A DNA stretch of 62,863 nt, filler included, from Choristocarpus tenellus KU-1152 (taxonomy: Eukaryota > Protista > Phaeophyceae): NCBI GenBank assembly GCA_964200185.2. It is 11 parts of 11 records of this genome, joined end to end, with 100 filler letters (N's around TTAATTAATTAA, not from the genome) between each part and the next. Parts side by side here need not be neighbours in the genome. Positions count along the whole stretch, not along the records: positions 49,985 to 55,629 come from CAXNAD020010150.1; positions 55,730 to 62,863 come from CAXNAD020006633.1; 9 more parts are not named here. One strand, given 5' to 3'. Positions 55,101-62,863 of this stretch are shown piece by piece. A program made the position numbers and the translations under genes. The notes beneath the pieces were generated by a model. The model saw only the letters and a list, made by a program, of their open reading frames with translations. It was not told where the DNA came from and did not search any database. The stretch's first letter is position 1; every line of letters begins with the position of its first letter.

Positions 55101-55600
55101 CTACCGTAAGGATGGTCACACCCAACGTGACAACCCAGAAGCTTAACATGCATGAGCTGCCAGACCTCAGCAGCCGCACTTTCTGGGTGCGATACAACGG
55201 GTCCCACTACTGGAGTCTGACTGCCACTAGCGCTGTGAGTAACAGCAAGGTATGTGTTGCTGAGATTCAGGAACAGACTATGGTGTTGTAATCACTAATT
55301 AAAGGTGTGATGAACTGCAGAATATCTTCATGGACTTGCATCACAAAAAAGGGACAAACGGAAGTCATCTTGAACATCATTAATTTGCGGTTAGCTTTGA
55401 GCAGATTGTAAAGTCCACCTATACTGAAGATGTAACATGCTTTACGTGTGCTTCTCAAAAGGATACAGTGGGTGGTGCCAGAAATAATCATACCTTGAAT
55501 ATTTTGTTACACAACCCAGGCAATGGGAGAGTCAAAATGTCACCATGGCAAGGAGCGGGCAGTGCAGGAGAAGGCCAGAAGGCTTGCAATGGGGAAAAAG
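52163..55600 (+). CDS. OTU-family cysteine protease / deubiquitinase (3' partial). Exons 52163-52500, 53135-53221, 53926-54016, 54223-54327, 55061-55234, 55520-55600
   Basis: Phase-consistent splicing gives VGACQFSSMAHQL...LRELAVDHIKGNSDVFQYFL...FVRHMRCVSTDGDHLTLQAISNLFNTTIGVVS...FWVRYNGSHYWSL (OTU Cys and His boxes). Start codon is uncertain. Confidence 0.85.
54636..54893 (+). mobile_element. MITE family A copy in an OTU gene intron
   Basis: GAGCCAAAGTATCTTAGAGGGTA / TACCCTTTAAGATACTTTGACTG; TSD TCA. Confidence 0.9.
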
Positions 55601-56428
55601 GTTAGGGTTCGAGAGTGCAAAGATCGGCANNNNNNNNNNNNNNNNNNNNNNNNNNNNNNNNNNNNNNNNNNNNTTAATTAATTAANNNNNNNNNNNNNNN
55701 NNNNNNNNNNNNNNNNNNNNNNNNNNNNNGGGGGGGCAGTGACTAACACTCTGTGTTCTGGAAGTGATTGGTATACTTAATACTACTGCCAACTCTTTGT
55801 CATTGAATAAAGTTTTGACTACCTTTGCCACATTATGAATTTGCAGGAGGTTTGTAGTGGGAGTGATCTCCTCGTGGTACCATTGCATATGTCTGAAGGT
55901 GAAGGAGAGGCTATCAGAGGCACCTGATAGGCTCAACTTGGCATGGTCTTAAAATTATGCAGGAGACAACAAGTGATTTGCAAGAGAGTTTTTAAGGGGA
56001 GACCCGGCAAAAGAAGGAGGTGAACCTTGTGATACAGACCCTTCCAGGCCTGGGATGAGCAACCTCAGGCAGAGCAGGCTCCAGGGAGCCCATGCAATCT
56101 ACTCGACCAAATCATTGCGCCCACCTTCGCAGTCAACTACGACAGTATACTGCCAAGATCCGCGTGGCATCAATCGTATGGCGCGTTCCAGATGAAATAT
56201 TATTTGCTCGATGTTGTGTGTATGGGACTTGCCAAGGGTACTCCCCACAGTGGGCCGGAAGTATACAATTGGGCGCCTAGGCCGTAGGGGAAGGGAGAGG
56301 TTAAGATGATGTGTGATGCAAAAAGTACATGGATGTGTAACAAATGCTTTTGATATTTGACGGCACTGTATATAATGAGTGCACGTACACTATGGTGGGT
56401 ATCTGTCTTGTTGTGTGTCGTTACTTGT

Positions 56429-56688
56429 GAGTCAGAGTATCTTAGAGGGTAGAGCCGCGTCCGTGTGGGGGCAAAAATCTAATGTTGCGATTTTCATTTA
56501 ATTTTGGCTATGGTATTTGTTAGGAAGTGAAGATGTGCTTGTTTCGAACACACCTTTTCGTAAGGTAAACATTTTATGTATTCCGAAACATTTTGGAGTA
56601 GAAAAATGTAACTAAAAAAACCCTTGGGATGCCAAGTCCCAAATGGACAAACAGGGCAAAACTTGTACCCTCTAAGATACTTTCACTC
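56429..56688 (-). mobile_element. MITE family A copy
   Basis: GAGTCAGAGTATCTTAGAGGGTA / TACCCTCTAAGATACTTTCACTC; TSD TGT. Confidence 0.9.
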
Positions 56689-57354
56689 TGTGTGTGCAGC
56701 ATAGTTGTCTCCATCAAAATGTTTTGGACGGCTGTGGCTTTAATTGTCGCACTGGAGAAATCATAAGTAGGGCATTCGCCTCAACCACTCCAATTTCTTG
56801 CGAGCAATGAAATTCATCTTGTAATATCACAACACTTAAGCTCAATGAAGAAAACCCCAAGTGATGATACAGAGGTCAGTTATTTGGCAGAAGCACCTTG
56901 GGAGGTCCCACCCCCAAGGAATTCTTGTATCCATACCAACACGCCCTCTCATCCTCTTGGGGTTGCACATACACACATTACCACTACTGCTTCCCTCAAG
57001 GAAGAAGTTTAGTTCAAATGATTTGATCTAGTCTCCAGTTAAGGCAATTGTCAATGAGATGGCCAGACAGGAAGTGACTTCAACAATAGCAAGGTGCCGC
57101 AGTTGCATGCATTCTTTGTCTCCCAGAGCATACTCCAGGGTATGGCGAGGGACCCATAGTTATGTTAGCAATGGTCAATAGAGGGTCAACAAGCAAACTA
57201 CTTTACCGTTAAAGTCTTCCGTGAGTCACTCGACCCAATGTTTAGGCACGGTAGCATGTTCAACTCCTGAACCATCCCTCAGTCATCACGACACACTCCG
57301 TCAGAGACAGACCCCTTCTCAGGCTTACACCACCCCAGCTAACGTTTCTCACAC

Positions 57355-58332
57355 CTTTCAAGATCGTGTCCTTTCACAAAGATGATACCCGTGGAGCTAT
57401 ACGCGTCTGCTGCCCTCAATCGGTGAGCTCCCAGTTGTTCTCGCCACCGTACTGTATCTTCAATGTACTGAGCCACCTTTTTACCGTCCAGCTCAAGAAC
57501 CCAGTTGGCTGCCTCCAGATATCTGTCCAAGAGGTCGAGAGTTAGCAGTTAATTCCTCATGATAGATACAGGGCAGGTAGTGCCAGTGATTGCTGCCATC
57601 ATTGCCGCTCTGAAGATTCACCTGCAGAGGGTGATGTTGTCCAGATCGTGTCTGACCCTCCTTGCTCGCTGCTCCAATCGTGGAATGGCAGCCACCTGTT
57701 CTCGAAGCTCTTGCAATAATTTCCGGTAGCGGACCGGGACAGGCCCTCGGTGATGCCAGACTTCCTGCTTCGTCGAGCAGAGTAAGGGAGGGGAAACGAA
57801 ATTGTAGGAGCTGCATGGATAGGAAAAAGCGACAAGATGGCAGGTGAGCTCGACTCACTTGGGCTGCCCCCCTCATCTGGCGGACACGTTTGAGCGTCAT
57901 CAGATCCACAGCCCAACCAAACAGGACCCGGAATCTTCGGAATATAACCATAGCTGTTCCCATCCCAGGTACACCATGTGGATGATGTCGGTAACCGATG
58001 CCCACATCAACTGCAACCTCCATCTCTATATTTCTCCCATCCTCGCCCGACGATGTAACATACTCCCTATCGCATCTTTGTCTAAGTCCCCAGAGCCCTA
58101 GAAGATCTAAGAAATATCCTCTCCACTTTCGACATCGACTGTCAGGTTGGCCTTGGTTACACTGAACCGCACCCTTGGCAAAGTTTCCATTCAAGGAAGG
58201 TAGGGCAATGCCGCCCCGCGTCGTGTTTCTTGCAATGTGCCTTGACTGAGATAGCAATGAGGTCGAGTGTGCCCTGTCTAACTCGACCAAAGCCGCCACA
58301 AGAAAGACGAAGTATGATTGGCATGGAGCCAT
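57355..58332 (-). CDS. CRAL-TRIO (Sec14-like) lipid-binding protein, 5' part. Exons 58332-57859, 57767-57622, 57522-57355
   Basis: Spliced LQELREQV...DNITLCRYLEAANW...YIEDTVRWREQ...GIIFVKGHDLE matches CRAL-TRIO N (D..L.RYL.A..W, T..WR, G.D). Hydrophobic N-terminus. Confidence 0.8.
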
Positions 58333-58627
58333 GCGCAAAAATTTCACTACGAGGTTGTAGACCCGGATGAAGAACCAGTTTGGATTTGGTCAACACAGTG
58401 AATTTGAACATGAAGTATTATCCGATTTCACTAGATCGTCCGATTTCAGAACCTCTCACTTAACCTTACACACTTTCTCCACTTTTCCAACTGGACAATG
58501 ATAACAGTAACTTAACTGGCAATGCCACGACCACCTCTCGCCATTGCGCCGGAGAATCCGTTTGTGGATCAAAGCGTAATAGCCAAGATTGGAGGGTTGA
58601 CCGCGAAGCCGTGATCCTCTGTGCCAA
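58333..58627. promoter_or_regulatory. Putative bidirectional promoter / 5'UTR region
   Basis: 295 bp between two divergent predicted ATGs (58332 minus, 58628 plus). Confidence 0.5.
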
Positions 58628-61600
58628 ATGAAGGCTTTAAAGCGGAAGATTTCTGAGTATCAGTCAGGACAGAAGGTAGAGAAGGTTGTAGAAGCATGGC
58701 ATTCACATCCCACTCTCTCCTTTGATCTTGCTTTGCACTACCCGAACAAAGTTGTCTTCGTCCATATTTCTTTTAAGGAAAGGTTGGTTTCTTGATCCCA
58801 TTCCAGGTTAGAAGATTATGGGGGGACTATTGCGATGCGAAGAATGCAGAGGGAGGAGAGGAGAGGGTTGCTCCGCCTGGCACAGGTCAGGCCGGTCGCG
58901 CTCTGAGGGCATTCGTCGATGCTGTGGATCTCATGGACGCTAAGCAACCTGCTATGCTCGAAAGCTTGGTATGTGGAAGCTTGCACTACTCAAGAGTGTG
59001 TTTTCTCTGCTCTCCATTGGAAACTGCCTTCTGTCTAATTTTGCAAACCTCCCTGAATTGCGAACCGTATTTAAATATCTTCCTGTAGGCCGATTCCGGG
59101 CAGGGAGACCTTGTTGCAACTCTTCTAGAACTGGCCGAAGTGTTGGTTGGGGTGGGCGATGCAACCGTTTCCCCGCCACCCTCCGAAATTGCCTTGGCTG
59201 GGAAGGCGCTTGGAGTTGTGGAGGCATGTCTTGCCGAGGAGAGGTATGTGATATGTTCAAGATTTGCAATCAGGATGCATGGAAGGATAATCTGCACATT
59301 TTCGTTTATGCGGCCATGGAGAATGCTCACTATACGTGCAGTGGGTGGCACCCTATGCCCTTATTTTCCTCTTGTAACCGAAGAGGTCGTGGTTTGGCAA
59401 ATCCTTACTAGCCCTTTTCCCCCTGGTTCTCTTGTAACACTCAATAAAAGATCAAAGTTGGCAATTATGTGACAGTTTCTACAGCTTTATTGTGTGGAAT
59501 TTATTACATTATCCATGGTCACGCATTTGTTCAAGAAATCCACGTACCATAGTAAGGATATAAATAATAGGGTGATACAATTGGAGCTGCATCGCTTGAA
59601 GTGCATTTAGCTTTTGGAACATGTTCAGCTGGAATAGAAATAGAACAACCTCTTCTGATATTTCAGTTTCAGGGGGGAACACAACCTCCCTCTTGTGTAG
59701 CTCGATGTTTTGTTTTCTTTAGTTTGCATTACTTCTCTCTATGTTGGCATACTAAAATCCCAGCAAGTGATTAATAGTAACTTGCAAGCTACAGAGCAGG
59801 CTCCCATCAGCGAACTTCAACAACTGTTAAGTATTTCAAAACGTTGAATTACTTTTGGATATGTTACACATGTTTAAATTCTGTAGCTTCGTCCTGGTCG
59901 ACACCTCAACCTATCATTTCAATCCTAGCAAATATCTCCCATCGTCAACCATTTGAATCTCCTTACCCTACCTTGGCCCGGTCATATACCCTGCAGTTTG
60001 CAGAGACGATCGTTGGAGACAGGCGACCCAGTGGGAACTGTACTACGGATGCTTGGATGGGAGCCTGCAGAAGCAGGTGTAGGGATTGGGGCTGTGGGGT
60101 TCAAAGAGGGAAAGAGCTCAATTGATGGGAGTGGGGATGTGAATTTCAATACTGTGAAGGAGGCATGCCTTCGCTTGCTGTGTGTTATTGCCAGGGATGA
60201 AGAGGGGAGTCTGGATGTTGGACACAGGCAAGGTTTCCAGGTATGTTATTTTTAACATATAAGAAACTGGAAATATATATATATATATATGGTTGTTTTT
60301 GGTGTCTTTATTTCAAGGTACTCTTTCTCCGTGTGCCTGTGTGGAATCTGCGTTTGTGACAGATGCGTCCAATGGGATGCTTGTGTTGCTTTTGTGCATG
60401 GGTTGATACAGTACGTACCGAGAGAGGCATGTTTAAATGGGGGAGAGGTTAGACAGAAGCCGTGCACCAAACCAACCATGCTTTCAATGTGTCTCAGTGA
60501 TTTTTGTAGAACGACTGCTTCCTTGCTGACTGAAGGGAAATGTTTGTGGTCTGTAAGGGTGTTGGCGGAGTGAGTAGGGAGGGAACTGTACTCTTGAGGA
60601 ATTTGGTTCTCCAAAGTATTTCTTTTAAATATCTTCTCGGCACTTTAAGGCCTCCAAGGTTATGCCCATGCCAAATGCCCGGCCTACCCCATTTGTTGAC
60701 CAGGGGTGGGTACCACTTGTTTCTGCCCATGTTTTGAAGTTCACACCTCTCCAGGAGCCTAGGGACATGTGATAGTTACCTGCCTTTCTGTTCCTCTCTG
60801 CAGTGGGCGCCTATTAGAGTTCTATGTTTTTAGCAAGTCCTTTCCAGTTGGAGTACTTTTAGGAGGCCTTCTATAGTGTGCACTTCTACATGTTTTTTAG
60901 TGGTTCTACAAGTTGTCCTTGGACACTAAGAATACTTCACTTTACGTAATGCATGTACTCCTTGACTGATCCCCCTGTGGCATGTCCCTCTCTTTAACCT
61001 CCCCTTTCCCCAGACTATTTTCCTTGTCAGTCATGCTGAGGTTCTGTAGGTCAGGGACACTTTTGAGAATGCAGCACTCAAACCAATAGTCTATATGCCC
61101 GACTGAGTTAACTAGTTGCATTTTTTACTTCATCTCCCCCCAATCATTCTTGGCATTAGTATTAGGTTGTTTTTTTTGCAAGACCTTGGCCCCTGCCCTC
61201 TCTCCCTCACTCTCCTGCTGCATCTCCCTAGGTAGCCCAGTCTGATTTTGAGCATTTTCTTTTGCGTTCTCACCCCTCTTCTCCTGCTTGCCCTGTTCAA
61301 ATGACATCAGACTGTGTCTCGACTAGTGCTTGCCAAACATACTGGGCTTCAAGCACAGGCTGTGGCAACGATTAACCATTTTTTGGCGTCTACAGTATCG
61401 GACCTACCCCTGGCCCCAGGAGTTGGGACTACTGTTGGGGAAGGGGGAAGGTGGGCAAGCCTTGGCCTGCGGAGCCGTCTCAGCGCAAGAGGCAGCAAGA
61501 CAGAGAGCACTGGGCTATCAAAGGATGCAGTGGCAATGGGGGGGAAGAGGGTACTGGGGACAGTGGCAGATGGAGAGGGGGCAGAGGTAAGGGAGGGGGA

Positions 61601-61723
61601 GGAGAGGGAGGAGAAAGGGTCGTTATTGGAGGCCGTTCCGAGTTTGCATGGCCTGGGGGAGAAGGGCAGCACGGCATCGTCTTCGACATCATCTCTGGCT
61701 GATGCAGCCAGCTTTGTGTACAG
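58628..61723 (+). CDS. N-terminus of a large helical (ARM/HEAT-like) protein, 3' partial. Exons 58628-58675, 58807-58968, 59089-59243, 59997-60240, 61311-61723
   Basis: Five phase-consistent exons with GTATGT-type donors: MKALKRKISEYQSGQK|VRRLWGDYC...LAGKALGVVEACL...VKEACLRLLCVIA...LQAQAVATINHFL. Family not recognised. Confidence 0.7.
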
Positions 61724-61787
61724 GTGTGTGTGCGTGTAGCGTGTGTGTGTGTCTACGAGTCTGTGTGTGTGTGTCTGCGTGTGTGTG
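61724..61787. repeat. Imperfect (TG)n microsatellite at intron start
   Basis: Read directly. Confidence 0.9.
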
Positions 61788-62863
61788 CGCCAAAAGATTG
61801 CGCAAGGCCTTTTCTAGGAATTGAAATGCGGACTGTTTGCTCGTTACTGGCATTTGCCTTAGGGGCTGGATTGCAGATCGCTATGTTAAAAGAGTGGAGT
61901 AGAAGGAGGCGTTATTGTGCGTTGTGTGATTTGCTGTAGGGTACATAGTCACCGCCTATCGTATTGATTGTTGAAGTTGTAAGTTGTAAGTTGTAGTAGT
62001 TAATGCAAGTCAATCCATGACAGTACAGGTGACTGTTGGACAAGAAGTATGGTGATGCCGCAATGTAGATGAAAGAAGAGGTCAAAGGATTGTTCATCCT
62101 GTGGTCAATGGCGAGAGGGTTTCTCCTCAGTACTGTGCTGTAGGTTCTAAAGTGGTTTCATGTTGATGCTGGAAGGATAGTGGGTGCAGTTGTGGTATAC
62201 TTATATGGGGTATACAATCTCAGCTTGCTCTGGACTACCCTTGTAACTTGAATTCTCCCTGAATTGTGAAGGTCCCTTTGAGGTGGGGAGGAAGTTGAAT
62301 ATTTCATTACGATGTACTACAAGAGAAAAAAAAAATGTTTTGAAACCTGGCTGGCAGGTTATAGGGGTATTCTCAGGATAGATCAGTCTTCATTCAGAGA
62401 TATTTTGGGTTTGAGTAGACTTTCTGCCCTCTTTTCTTTGTGAGACCATTTTGCAGGTGATTTGTAGTTTTTTTGAAGTCTCAGGGCCAAAGATTCCTCT
62501 CTATGGCTTTTTGCACAGTGTATCCCTTGGGTAGAACAACGGCATTGGGCAATATGATGATGCGGGGCACCTCTCACAACTTAAAGTTTGTCAAAGGTTG
62601 GAGATGAATGACACAGTGGACCTTACTTACACTGGCTCCTTAGGCTATAGTGCAGTGTTTGTTATTAAGGCGCAGTGATTGTGCTTGCTATGATAGCACG
62701 TGTCTCTTGTGGGGTATGGATTGCTGTAAGTTTCATGAGCTGTAATATCTTGGGTTTGGGATTTTCCAGTAAATTATTGCCACCCCCTTACCCCCCCCCA
62801 CCCCCCCCCCCCCTTCTGTTTCCCTTTACTTTCCCCCACCACCCTCTTTCGTCTTGGAAAGAG

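Noticed and set aside
57493-57858. C-terminal half of the 284-aa ORF
   Set aside because: Read-through of an intron; the CRAL-TRIO motifs lie in other frames after splicing.

Overview
Eukaryotic, intron-rich, repeat-rich DNA. It is most likely a stramenopile, probably a brown alga or close relative; this is inferred from the histone H3 FQGSAVLA motif, GT-AG gene structure and retroelement types. The window is not one locus. It is 11 contigs joined by artificial 100-bp spacers (44 N + TTAATTAATTAA + 44 N), so adjacency across spacers is meaningless. Hand-spliced genes: a ~1,875-aa disordered WW-domain/RS-rich protein (18224-26532); a 5'-truncated histone H3 with a 3' stem-loop; an OTU-family protease; a divergent pair (CRAL-TRIO protein and an ARM/HEAT-like protein); and, most notably, a six-exon gene fusing a PHD-like finger to an apparently degenerate beta-class N6A/N4C DNA-methyltransferase fold (39008-42475). 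Mobile DNA: four MITE families sharing GAGTCAAAGTA-like termini with mostly 3-bp TSDs, including reciprocal nesting; a CRE-like RLE LINE carrying a solo LTR that carries a MITE; two chromodomain-bearing Ty3/gypsy remnants; Ty1/copia, RTE and pogo remnants; and a tRNA-derived SINE pair. All domain calls are by-eye motif recognition, with no database searches.
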